A DNA stretch of 64,000 nt from Octopus vulgaris. Its lineage: Eukaryota. Position numbers and translations under genes: made by a program. Positions 25,101 through 35,600 of the stretch are shown piece after piece. Each line of letters begins with the position of its first letter. Position 1 is the stretch's first letter. The notes under the pieces were generated by a model, which did not search any database, was not told the origin of the DNA, and worked only from the letters and a program-made list of their open reading frames with translations. Location: NCBI GenBank assembly GCA_951406725.2, contig OX597821.1:101494001-101558000 (forward strand), written 5' to 3'.

Positions 25101-25450
25101 GGAGTAAGAAAAAGAAAGAACCGAGAGAAAGAAGCAGAGAGAGAAGTCGTGAAAAAGAGAGTAAGAGTAAGAAAAAACACAAGGAACACCGTAGTGACAA
25201 GGAAGAGAAATCATCCATGAAGACAGACAGTACTCGTGTCACTCGTGACTATGATGAAGAGGAAAAGGGCTATGTGAGTGGTGAGGGCAAGGCCGAGAAG
25301 GTGTATACTGTTGCCAATGCTCCCACGGTTACTGAACCTACAATCATAGAAGGTAGCCCTGAACGTGAGAGTGTTGTACCATCTAGTATAGGAGACCAGT
25401 TAGCTTCAGATGTAAACCTTCAACAAATGGACATGGACATGAGTGACTAG
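4218..25450 (+). CDS. SRSF11: SRSF11/SREK1 (Srp54)-family SR splicing factor, multi-exon and 5'-truncated by the window. Core coding exons: 4218-4318, 5027-5182, 6911-7086, 7894-8024, 9459-9726, 19205-19282, 19893-19943, 21244-21393, 22684-22743, 23808-23906, 25102-25450
   Basis: All exons have AG/GT boundaries and join in frame. The protein has the linker DPSKIEEIRRTVYV, an RRM, a QRELEEAMKKVKEAQSLI helix, a long RS domain, VTRDYDEEEKGY and a C-terminal DMDMSD*. These motifs match what I recall for vertebrate SRSF11/SREK1 and fly Srp54. Confidence 0.92.
5027..5182 (+). CDS. SRSF11: SRSF11-like exon (MTGQGNG...YPPLPGTTDPSKIEEIRRTVYVFNIDSS)
   Basis: ttttag acceptor, gtgagt donor, 156 nt; contains the family signature DPSKIEEIRRTVYV. 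Confidence 0.93.
5583..5757. repeat. Compound CATA/CGTA/GT microsatellite
   Basis: Directly visible catacgtacgaacatacaaacgtacata repeats; these create spurious ORFs. Confidence 0.9.
6466..6855 (-). mobile_element. piggyBac-derived MITE related to the element at 30429-31495, with a short internal insert
   Basis: Begins ttaaccctttcattactatatttct, the reverse complement of the 3' end of 30429-31495. 6720-6840 matches the reverse complement of its 5' subterminal region. Confidence 0.6.
6911..7086 (+). CDS. SRSF11: SRSF11-like exon, RRM core (VTAEQLLAFFSQVGEVKYVRMAG...AFVEFTDQ...GRPIK)
   Basis: ttacag acceptor, AA|gtgagt donor; RNP1-like RCAFVEF. Confidence 0.95.
7894..8024 (+). CDS. SRSF11: SRSF11-like exon (VSHANSSIVKP...QRELEEAMKKVKEAQSLILAAVEP)
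   Basis: ttttcag acceptor, G|gtaaat donor; conserved helix that follows the RRM. Confidence 0.93.
9459..9726 (+). CDS. SRSF11: SRSF11-like exon, start of RS domain
   Basis: ttttcag acceptor, AG|gtgaga donor; EITDKKRSRSRSKSKSHRRHSRSRS... Confidence 0.93.
10672..10890 (+). mobile_element. Degenerate SINE (family with the 'tgcctttcatcctttcggggtcgataaa..aagtaccag' core)
   Basis: Matches younger copies at 61801-62027 and 49679-49905. Confidence 0.65.
11866..11931 (+). CDS. Candidate 66-nt in-frame cassette exon of the SRSF11-like gene ((R)SPVEVKTKMRNHNDEWHMQHF(R))
   Basis: tttattatttcctag acceptor, AG|gtattt donor, phase 2-2, no stop in the host frame. No transcript evidence is available. Confidence 0.55.
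14035..14206 (+). mobile_element. LINE-tail-like dispersed repeat ending in (TGA)n
   Basis: Near-identical to 15000-15167 and 16910-17080. Confidence 0.75.
14651..15167 (+). mobile_element. Young copy of the same repeat, with internal 'gtgccggtggcacgtaaaaagcacc' subrepeats and a (TGA)n tail
   Basis: GC-rich, flanked by (TA)n, with several near-identical copies in the window. Confidence 0.75.
15182..16023 (-). mobile_element. Internally deleted mariner transposon
   Basis: TIRs ttgggtcataccataaataatgcgg / cgcattatttatgggatgact. Minus-strand remnants are LEDEPRPGRS and FEWEMMPHPPYLLDIAPSDYHLFHS (a YSPDLAP-type motif). Confidence 0.85.
16022..16130. repeat. (CT)n(AT)n(AC)n microsatellite
   Basis: Directly visible. 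Confidence 0.95.
16780..17080 (+). mobile_element. Dispersed repeat copy, same family as 14651-15167
   Basis: Same subrepeats and (TGA)n tail. Confidence 0.75.
17594..17815. mobile_element. TTAA-type MITE (ccctttagcatt...aatgctaaaggg); further copies at about 23418-23625, 32520-32713 and 62356-62545
   Basis: Terminal inverted repeats with TTAA-like flanks and a shared interior. Confidence 0.65.
19205..19282 (+). CDS. SRSF11: SRSF11-like RS exon (TRHPRSRSRGRKSRSPHRKRSRSRT)
   Basis: tag acceptor, AG|gtacgt donor, 78 nt, phase 2-2. Confidence 0.9.
19893..19943 (+). CDS. SRSF11: SRSF11-like RS exon (RTPPKAYSARRSRTPP)
   Basis: ctcttttaacag acceptor, CG|gtatgt donor, 51 nt, phase 2-2. Confidence 0.9.
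21244..21393 (+). CDS. SRSF11: SRSF11-like RS exon (PIKRRSRSRSRQKSPVKKK...SSPERKS)
   Basis: ttttag acceptor, AG|gtagat donor, 150 nt, phase 2-2. Confidence 0.9.
21510..21915 (-). mobile_element. Rex3/Expander-like RTE LINE 3' fragment
   Basis: IYGYECGVMTKRVQSQIQEVKMGFLQRI...SSEIREDLQVKLLLLNTDRSQL resembles the RTE ORF2 C-terminal region. Confidence 0.65.
22684..22743 (+). CDS. SRSF11: SRSF11-like RS exon (SHEKRSRSRTPSKKSRRSH)
   Basis: caacag acceptor after a long T tract, AG|gttagt donor, 60 nt, phase 2-2. Confidence 0.9.
22880..22897 (+). CDS. Candidate 18-nt in-frame microexon ((S)FLLSY(F))
   Basis: ttctttttttcttttgtatgtgcag acceptor, TT|gtaagt donor, phase 2-2. No transcript evidence. 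Confidence 0.5.
23808..23906 (+). CDS. SRSF11: SRSF11-like RS exon (RNRPNRNPRRRSTSPPRNRRSRSRSGSRHKSS)
   Basis: tttgcag acceptor, AG|gtattt donor, 99 nt, phase 2-2. Confidence 0.9.
24105..24695. repeat. Two tail-to-tail copies of the (TGA)n-tailed repeat forming an inverted repeat centred near 24318
   Basis: 24149-24314 is the reverse complement of about 24322-24492, with scattered mismatches and small indels. Confidence 0.85.
25102..25450 (+). CDS. SRSF11: SRSF11-like last coding exon (K/E/R-rich, VTRDYDEEEKGY, ...DMDMSD*)
   Basis: ttgcag acceptor; open frame to TAG at 25448-25450. Confidence 0.93.
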
Positions 25451-26334
25451 TAGGGCACACAAATAAGAATTGTTATCTGCATTTTCTCATCTGTAAAATT
25501 TTTAATCTTGTAATACTGACATACATATAGAATACTTTTGTTTCCTGTAATTTTTCTTTCATACACATTTTTCATGAAGTTGGACTCTTTTACAAAACAT
25601 CACAAACATTTACACACACATACTCAAAAGTAAAAATATAATCATTGATAAAAAAAAATTTTGATCTCTTGCTTTCTTTTTTTAATCCTTGCAGTTTCTT
25701 TAATCTTAGATTATAATTTTCAAGACTAATATGATGATATTTAGAATGTTTATGTACAACACAGTACATTTAGATTTGGTTTCTGACTATCATCAGAATG
25801 TTATAATTTTGGTCATTTGGTTATAAAGATCCCTTTGCAATTACATGGTTTCAGGTTCAGTCCCACTCTACAGCACTTTGGGCAAGTGTCTTCTGCTATA
25901 GTCCTGGGTTAAGCATTGCCTTGTGACTGAATTTGGTAGGCAGAAACTATGTGGAAACCTGCCATTGATGTCTGTTTTGTGTTTGTCACCCAACAATTGC
26001 TTGATAACCAGTATTGCTTTGTTTATGTCCCTGTAACTTAGCACTTCAGCAAAAGAAACTGATAGAATAAGTACCAAACTTGAAAAATAAGTATTGAAAT
26101 TGATTTATTAGACAAAACTCTTCAAAGCGGTTCTCCAGCATAGCCGCAGTCCTGTGACCAAAGGAATTTCAGTCATGACCCTCCAACCCTATTGACCTAA
26201 CAACGGCAGAGAGGCTTCCTAGTTGGTTCATTGTAATAAATTTGATAAATGATCACTTTTGAAGATGTGACAAAGATTCGGCTATTTTGGAATTTTAACA
26301 TCATTATATAAATTGATTCAAATATCAGTTAAAA

Positions 26335-26512
26335 AGTATAAAATAGAATTTTATTTGCAATCACTGTTATCACATTTGGTTAATATTAATTAAATGGTGA
26401 GGTTATATTTGCAATCAGAAGTAATAAAATAGAATTTTATTTGCAGTCACTGGTACCACATTTGGTAAACAGGTAATAAAATAGAATATTTACAATTACA
26501 GATCTCACATTT
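26335..26512. repeat. Imperfect tandem repeat (about 3 units) carrying AATAAA on both strands
   Basis: Unit is taataaaatagaattttatttgcartcactg..atcacatttgg. Confidence 0.7.
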
Positions 26513-28002
26513 GCCTGACCAACAGAAATAAATAACAATGGTGTACAAACGACACATTAGGCCCATCATGGGCTATGCCAGTCCTATCAGGACACTAATT
26601 TTTCAACAAACTAAAATCAGCTCAAAAGATACAAAAATAACAAAAAACACCTACACTACACTGATTGTACACAGACCACCTAACTGGCACTCCTGTTGGT
26701 TGTGCTGACAAGTGTTCCAGTTAATCCAATCAGTGGGACACAGCCTACATGTGAACTTAACGTATAAGTAGCCAAGTACTTCACAAACACGTGACACAGG
26801 GTATGACATGAATTACAGCTGAGTGGACTGGGCAATGTGAAATAAAGTATCTTATTCAAGGACACATTGTGCCAGCAGGAATCGAACCCACAACCTTACA
26901 ATCATAAGCCCAATACCCTAACCACTAAGCCGTCAGCCTTCACAGACCACCTAATAATGAAACAAAAATAGTGAAAATGAAAGATCACCTGGACATATGG
27001 TCCCTATTATGAGTATGAAACATTTTGGAACTGCTTATCTGGCAAAACCGATTCAATGCTGACTTATTTGACATCAGCCATTTTGTGTCTCCCCTTCCTT
27101 CTCTGTTGGACTGTGTGGCACTTTGGGAATGTTTCTTCTTTATATTTATGAAGAGAAGGGAAAGTGTTTGTCAATCATGTATTTGCTCCAGTGTCTAAAC
27201 AGGTTGAATGTCCAGTCAGCCGTGCTAAATCGTCAGCATCCCAGTTGTCTCCCATTACATGAAATCATAACACCTCAGAGCACATCATAAAAACATCTCT
27301 TCCTGCTCACTTACAAACAGCGTGCAACATCAATAATTTCACTGGCCACAAACACTGTGCTGCGATGTACAACAAGAAGTACAGAAGAATGGCATCTGTC
27401 ACCTCTGCTGAAGCACCACCAAAATCTAGAGATGTATAAAAATAGAATAGACAAGGGAGGGAGCAGTGTGGTCCTCAATGAGGTGAAAAGATAGTGCTGT
27501 GGATTGCACCTGCATGCCATAAGACTGCACAAACGGGACTATGCAACCACAACATATATCAACAAATTTTGGGTTTTTTTTTCCAAATGTCAATTCTGTC
27601 ACAATCACCATATATTATTGCTTACATGTAATAATGTCCTTCAGTTGTACAAAATCCTGGGAGTTTGTTTGAGCTTTCAGTTTTGTTGTTTTCTTTCCAT
27701 AAGTATTTGAAGTTAATGTCTCAGTCCTCAATTCAGTAGCAGCAGAGTTAGTGTTGGACAAAATGCTGTCAATTTAGTTATAGATCTTTTTTGTAAGTTC
27801 GAATTCCACCAAGGCTAACTTTATCTTCCATTCTTCCAGGGTCAGTAAAATGAAGTACCAGTCAAGTGCAAGGATTGATTTGGTAGCTTAATCTTTCCTA
27901 CCAAATTTGTAACATTGTACCAATGTTAGTAGAAATAATAATAATAAAAAGAAACAGCTAAATAAAAGATAATGTAATACTGCATTCCAGATGATTTCTG
28001 TC

Positions 28003-28024
28003 TTAAAGATGAATGATAAATGAA
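28003..28024 (-). CDS. CIB1: CIB exon 7 (SFIIHL*)
   Basis: ttttgctttatttcag acceptor on -; TAA at 28005-28003. Confidence 0.85.
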
Positions 28025-29586
28025 CTGAAATAAAGCAAAAAAAAAAAAATCTTTAGAATATTGAATATAATTCAAATAGTATTTAACTTCACATTTCAGC
28101 TAGGAAACATATCACAGATGCAAGCATAACTTTCTCTGGGGCAAAAATCTGGTGGAGCCTCAACCTATATGTTAGTCTTTGCTTCACAGAACAATTTTGT
28201 TTAAAAGTAAAGAAAATATTCAACTATAAGTTCTTGGGGGTCGAACTAAAAGATTACAATATTAGTTTTGAAGAATGGCCTGCTTTAATCATAATGTTCA
28301 TTTTCAATTTAAGTTAATCCTTGTATGGTTCTCAGAGTGAATAGCTAACTTTTTGTTTCTGTTGTGTGTAGAAAGTGGTAACTCTTTGAAAGTAGATTAA
28401 CCAGTTGTAGCTACCTTAATGGATGGAATGAGACAATTTGGCACAGCTGATCAGATCCTTCAGCTTGTTTCTACTAGAGATAGACACTACAATTAATTAA
28501 TTGGACACAACTGACAGACATTTTCCCTCTCTTTGTACACATGCAGGGAAATATGTTCATACACATAGAATGAAAGAAACATGAAAACATTTGAAGTCAA
28601 ATAAATTCGTAATATTCAAGTCAGCAGCACCAAAATGTCTTATACCCTTTACTGGAAGGCAGCTTGATATCTATTTCTGAGACCGACTGAATAAAGTAGC
28701 CCATCAAGGAATGAAATATCTACAGTTGATTTGAACCCCTAACCCACAAATTTAGTTTAAAATCTTATCCGCTTTGCTCTTTACTCCTCACAAAAGATAA
28801 ATTTCAAGTGCCAAATATGTGACTGCTCTTTAAAATTGATTTGAGCAGGGTTTCAAAGCATAAATTAATCGTAAGGGACTTGAAAATTATATTATAAATT
28901 GCATTGCATTCTGGGATTAGCAGAACGTTTTATTCCCTTTACTAATTAAACTTATATCTGGTACAAATATTCTGCTTTATATTCAAACTAGCCAGACCTA
29001 GCCTCTCATGCATACCCAACAATGTCATTCCAAAAGTAAACAATCATACAGATATCTTGAAGCTACAAGATAATGTGTGATTAATATCAATTGAATGAAG
29101 GCCTTGGAAATAACACAAAATTTACTTAGGACTTCAATACTATCAGAGAAGGTAGACATTATGGCTGAAAATTTTTTTTAATAATTGAATGAGAGATTTA
29201 AGTATTTTACTGAAATAATATGCAAATTCATACATGCTTAAAAAAAATATTGTTTACCTTAGAAAATCTGGAGCTTTATCAATGATGTGACAAAATTCAG
29301 AAAAGGAAAGTACCTTATCACGATCTAGATCACCAACTTTCATGATCTATAAGAAAAACAAAATTATATGAATAATCATTGTCATTCAATATCCACTTTT
29401 TCATGCTTGTATGAGTTGGAGGTTGAGACTGATTTTCAAAGGCCAGATGTATTTCCTGTCAACAACCTTCATCTGTTTCCAAGCAAGGTTAACATTTCCA
29501 CTTGGCCAGGTATGTTCTCATAGAATATTGGAAATGAACGACACTCATTTACAACTCTAATACAATGTCAAGATAAAGAGACACAA

Positions 29587-29620
<34 letters not shown>

Positions 29621-32600
29621 CATCATCATCATTTAACGTCTGTTGTCCATGCTGGCATGGGTTGGATGGTTTGACTGGGGCTGGTAAGTTGGAAGGCTGC
29701 ACCAAACTCCACTCTGATTTGGCATGGTTTTCTATGGCTGGAGGCCCTTCCTAATGCTGCTTTTACATGTCACTGGCAAAGGTGCCATTTGCCTGACACC
29801 AGTATCTGCCACAACTGCAATTTTTCTTGGCTTGATGGGTCTTCTTCTCAAGCATAGGTCTCGGTCATTGCCTCTGTGAGGCCCAACACTAAAAAGGAAC
29901 TCAGCAACTTTGCCTATATAAACACACACACAATGGGCTTCTTTCAGCTTCCACCTACCAAGTCCACTGGCAAGGTTTTGATCGACTCTGGGCTATGGTA
30001 AAAGACACTTGCCCAAAGTGCCACACAGTGCAACTGAACCTGAAACCATGGGGTTGAGAAGCAAACTTTTTACCACACAGCTATGCCAGCATCTAAGCAT
30101 ACATTAATTTAATGCTTGTTTTTCTGTGCTAGCAGGAGTTGGATGGGAACATATTTTAGGCAAGATTTTACAGTTAGATACTTTTCCTGTCATCAACCTA
30201 CTTTACAGGTAAGGAAGGTTTTTTTTTTTTTTTTATTTTAATCCTTCAGGTCTTTGAAAGTGTAGTGATCTTCATAATGCTGACAAAACAGGTCATCATC
30301 ATTTTCCAGTTCACTCAAGTGAAACCGTAGGATATCAACATTCACACACATAACAGATTTCCTACAGTTTCCATCTTCCAAATTCACTCACAAGGTATTA
30401 AGTCAGCCCAGTAGAAGACACTTGTTAACCCTTTCGATACCAAACCGCCCGAAAAAAATTTTGGTTAATGTGACCAAACCGCCCGAATTTACCTATTCAT
30501 GTTTAAATGAGAATATCAGAGCAAATCTCTTTAGTACATTCGTGAAAACACGTATTATACTTCGTAAACAGTTCAACTACAGTTTTGTACAAAAATCGAA
30601 GTGTAATTTTAATTCCGTGAATTTTGGGAGATTTTTTTCCGAAATTTGTTCCTATTGTGTTTTCAAAATTTGTAATTCTGACAAAAAATGGATACGAATT
30701 TCATTATATCAAGCAGCGAGTCAGAATTCGAAGGATTTTCTACTGAAGACCTTCATAAATCTAACTCTATGACTGAAAAAAAAAAGCACATGGTATTTGA
30801 TAATGAATCTGATGCTTCATTTTCCGAAAGTGAAAACAGTGAATCCGAGAGCTCCGACAGCGATAAAGAAAATGAATTGGCACCCGAATGGAGTGAAAAT
30901 TTAAAAACTGTTTCTTTCGGAGATTTTTCTGAAGAAACTGGACCAAGCCACAGACTTTCCCAGAAGAGTAAAGCCTTAGACTATTTCTTTTTACTTTTTC
31001 AAATGAGCCTATTTGAAATCATTACGGCGGAAACGAACCGTTACGCTAAATGTAAACAAAACGAAAGAAAGGATACTTTGTGGTTTCCCACAACCTTAAA
31101 TGGAATTAAGGCTTATTTTGCCATAAATATTATTATGGGTATCAGAAAGTTACCCAGAATAACAAATTCTATAGTAAAATTTTGTTGTATACACAATTGA
31201 ATATTAGCTAATAACCCATTTTCTATAGCGATGTTTGAACAAAATTTTAATAATTTTATATTTTGTTGAATTTACCTGTATCTACCTGCAATTAGAGTCA
31301 CTTTGTGACAAAAATTATAGTATAGAATTGGTTGAGAAAATTTCATTAAATTATCTTCCAAAATTCACGTTAATATATTGATAAATAAAAAAGTTATAGT
31401 TGTTTAATGAAACCAGACTAAATTTATGATTATGTTGGAAATTAATTGAAACACATAAGGGGTGTATTTTGGTCAGAAATATAGTAACGAAAGGGTTAAA
31501 GTGTTGCACACTGGGACTGAACCTGTAACCATGTGGTTGGAATGCAAACTTCTTAACCACATAGTCATGCTAGCAGCTGATTAACTTACTTCTTCAACTA
31601 CTTTCTGTTTTTCATCTTGTGACAGCAAATATTCGCTCTGTTCACCCATATTCATACCAACTGTTAGTCGATCCAAAACTTCGAGAAGGTCACGTTCAGA
31701 AATTCTTTCATCATTATCAAGATCTGAAAATGACAAATTGAATGTACCTACTGCAACATTTTGTATGTCGTTATATTTAATAAATAAAACAATTTACAGA
31801 ATTTTTTTTAAATGTTGAAAATTATTAAAAGTAAATTATAACATACCATAGATATTAAATGCATAATGAGCCTTTAAATCTTTGGGTGCCTTGTCACTGA
31901 AGACAGACATCATATGTAGGAAGTCTTCAAAATTCATATGCTCATCGTCAGTTGAAGAAAAAACTTCACAAATACGATCACGGAAAGGATTCATCTGAAA
32001 AATCATTAAATTACTTAGAATTAGGTCTGTCATAAGCCCAAAGTTTTATTAGTCCAAAACTTAACCTGGTTTCCATGATATATAACTAACTGCAACACTC
32101 CCCAATGAATAGGAAGCCAGTCTGTCACAGGTTTGACTTATTTGCAGTTGGGTGGACTGGAACATTGTGAAATGAGGTGTTTTGCTCAGCAACACAACAC
32201 ACTGCCAAATCAGGGAGTTGAAATCATGAGCCCAACAAACATCATATACATTATTTATATTTCCTCCTATTTAAGGAAGCACAAGCACTTTTGCATACAC
32301 ATATACACAACAGACTTGGGTTTCTGCTGACCCAATTTACTCACAAGGCTTTGGTTGGTCTGAGGCTATAGTAGAAAACACTTGCCCGTGTTGCCATACA
32401 GTGGGACTGAACCCCAAACCAAATGCTTGGGAAGTGAATAGCAGGTCATAATAGAATAGAAAATCAGTGCATTTTTAATGCAACACTCAAACTGAACTCT
32501 TGGCTATCTACAATCTTGAATTGAAACTGTAATCTTTTAACAATCAGATTATTTTATCAACTGTAATTCTTATTTATCCACATTGTTTTATATCAAATCA

Positions 32601-35600
32601 TGCATTACCTTGTAGGTTCAAGATTTCAGTGACATGATTGTTTATTTTTAGAATAATATTATAGGATAGGTGCGAGAGGCTGTCTCTGGCTGGTTTAAAT
32701 ACTAAAGGGTTAATTAAAATTGAAAGCTGCAGAAATTCCAGCTATATCACTAGTAAAAGCAATGTGTGAGTCTTATGAAGAGTAACATCTTTTTTTTTTT
32801 TATTTTCGCCCTTTTCAAACCTAGCCAGGCCCATGTGCCTGGTTTCTGTGGCGTATGTATTCCCCCTGGATGGGACGCCAGTCCATTACAGCGTTACCCA
32901 AGAAACAGGAAGAAAGAGGGAGAGAAAGTTGAGGCAAAAGAGTTCAACAGGGGTCACTACCACTCCCTACCGAGCCTCGTGGAGCTTTAGGTGTTTCCGC
33001 TCAATAAACACACACAACGCCCGGTCTGGGAATCGAAACCATGATCCTCTGATCGCAAGTCCGCTGCCCTAACCTCTGGGCCATTGCGCCTCCATGAACA
33101 GTAACATATAATATAATTAAGAATAAATGCATTATAAGCGTATGAATTTAGCACATCGCATTTGACGTCCATGTTCCATGCTGATCTGGGTTATAATTAG
33201 TTACAATTATATCGGTACCATCCCATTCCTAAAGCCATTGCACTTAAATGATTTCATGTGAAATATTCAGAAGATTATATTTCGAATGGCACTTCATCAG
33301 ATTGGCATTCATCATCATTGTTTAACGTCTGCCCTCCATGTTGGCATGGGTGGGACACATCATCATCGTTTAATGTCCATTTTCCGCGCTAGCACGGGTT
33401 GGACTATATATATATATATATCAGAAACTCAAAGATGTCACTTACTCTCAGTTGAGGAAGCTCCTGAATCCTGGGGAAAGGGATTTTAGCCTTAAGTGCA
33501 TTTTGTTTTACTTCTTCCTTCCCTAGAGATTTAAACATCCGGAAAGCCCTGAAATATTAGAGAAAAAGGAAATAAGTTAAATATACACATAATATATTCT
33601 ATGTTAAAACAAGTTCATGAAATTGATGAATGGTAGACTACTCCTTCACTAGCTTTGACCATTGGAATGTAGCCATGACATGGTATTGTCATGTAGTGTT
33701 TCAATTGATTATATAAACTCATTCTAGTCTGGCACTGATTTTATTGAAAAGCTAAGGTTTGTGGAGGTTTTCTTTATATAACAAGGGATACAACTCGAAC
33801 CAGTAAACAAAGATGCAAACAAGCGCATGACAGGCTTTACATCTCCCAAATTTTATGCACATTGGCCAACCTGAGACTAGAACAGGACACACTTGTCCAA
33901 GTTGCCAAGCAGCAAGATCAAACCTGGAATCACAAGGTTATGACATGATCTTCTTAAACACAGAGATATGCCATATAATATTTTCCAAGATTAACTTTCT
34001 TTAAAGAGATTCAAAAATAGCTTTCTCTTTTGCTGATCAGCAAGGTGTGAACAAACCACAGAATGATGATTTAATAGATAAAAGAGCACGTGTGTGCACA
34101 CACACATACATACACAGAAAGAAAGAAAAAATTTCTTTTAACTTACTCTAAGATTTCTTGCTCAGTGAAATATGTCAGTTGCTGAAGATGAAAAAAAATT
34201 TTTAATTATTCAATGTCTCATTATGCTTACAGTTACATGTTATTGTTTTTTATATATAAACACTGGGATCTCTGTTCATTAACCAAATTGTTTGTTACAT
34301 GAGTAATTGAAATAGGGATAATCTGTTCTAAGCCACACCTAAACTCTAGAAGTTTATTTGTTCTTCTACCAATAGCAAATACAATATATACGTTTGTCTT
34401 TTCCTTTGTCTTGTTTCTTTCAATCCCTTGTTGCTTTTAGCAAAACATGAAAAATATTATTTTCTATAAAAGTACAAAAATTTGCAAACTACATAAAATG
34501 CATACATTTTCAAACTACTCATATATGCTCTCCAACTTTTGTATGTGTATGAAGCCTACTAGTAATTTGTTGTTCAAATTTCAAATCGTTAGCTTAATAT
34601 AATTTTCTGAAGAAAAATCGTTCTCTCTACAAGTTGTTCATTTAGCATACTATTCATACATGCTCTCCCAGTACTTTATAGTTCAAATTCCAGCTCCTCA
34701 TGCAAATTTTCAAAATTCCAAGTTCTATTTTGTGACGTGTGTTACTAAGTATATGTATGGGTACAAGCACTTGCGTAGCGGCGGCACTTTTGGGTCTGCT
34801 GGAGGTAATATGTGCTTTTTTGTGGGGTCCAAGGGTGGCATACGGAAGGGCAGCCCCGGGAGGCACACACTCTAGCTACGCTAGTGAGTACAAATCCACT
34901 GATTTTTGTTTGTCATATTAAATTCCAATATAATCATAATCTACACCATCTGAAAGTTATTTGTAAAATTTCATAAAAAATTACCCATATTTCTGAAAGT
35001 TATGACTAAAGAAAGCCATCTTGTGTGCATATTGTGAAACTCCTCACCGCACCCTCAGAAATTTTTTTTTTTTCACCACATACTCCGATATAATCAAAAT
35101 GTATACCACCTGAAGCATATTTGTGGAAAATTTCATTCAAAAATATCCATTTTTCTGGAAGTTATGAGGAAACAAAGTCGGGTGGGGGTACACATCTGTA
35201 GGAATACTAAATATAAAATAATACAATATCGTATGACTGATTATATCAAACGCTTATTCACTGTCAGAGTTATCTAAGTTCTTTATTCTAAATGGCCCGA
35301 CATAGCTTCTTTGAATTTGTCACACCCTAGAATATAGACTTAATATATATATATATATATATATTGGCTATCTTTCAGTTTGACTCGAATTTTGTCAACA
35401 AAGAACTCAGTAATTTCCGTGAACATGTGTTGTCTTGTCAACTGTTAGTTGATGAAATAGGAAGAGGTGTGCGTGCTTGTTCCAGCACGTACAATTCATT
35501 AGCTTTCCCTTCCCAAGACAACACATGTTCATGGAAAATACCGAGTTTTTTGTTGACAAAATTTGAGTTAAACCGAAAGATAGCCAATAATTTAACAGGT

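Noticed and set aside
27190-27600. GC-richer patch between the convergent genes, possibly a transposase remnant (MULE-like)
   Set aside because: No motif could be read convincingly and there are stops in all frames; left unannotated.
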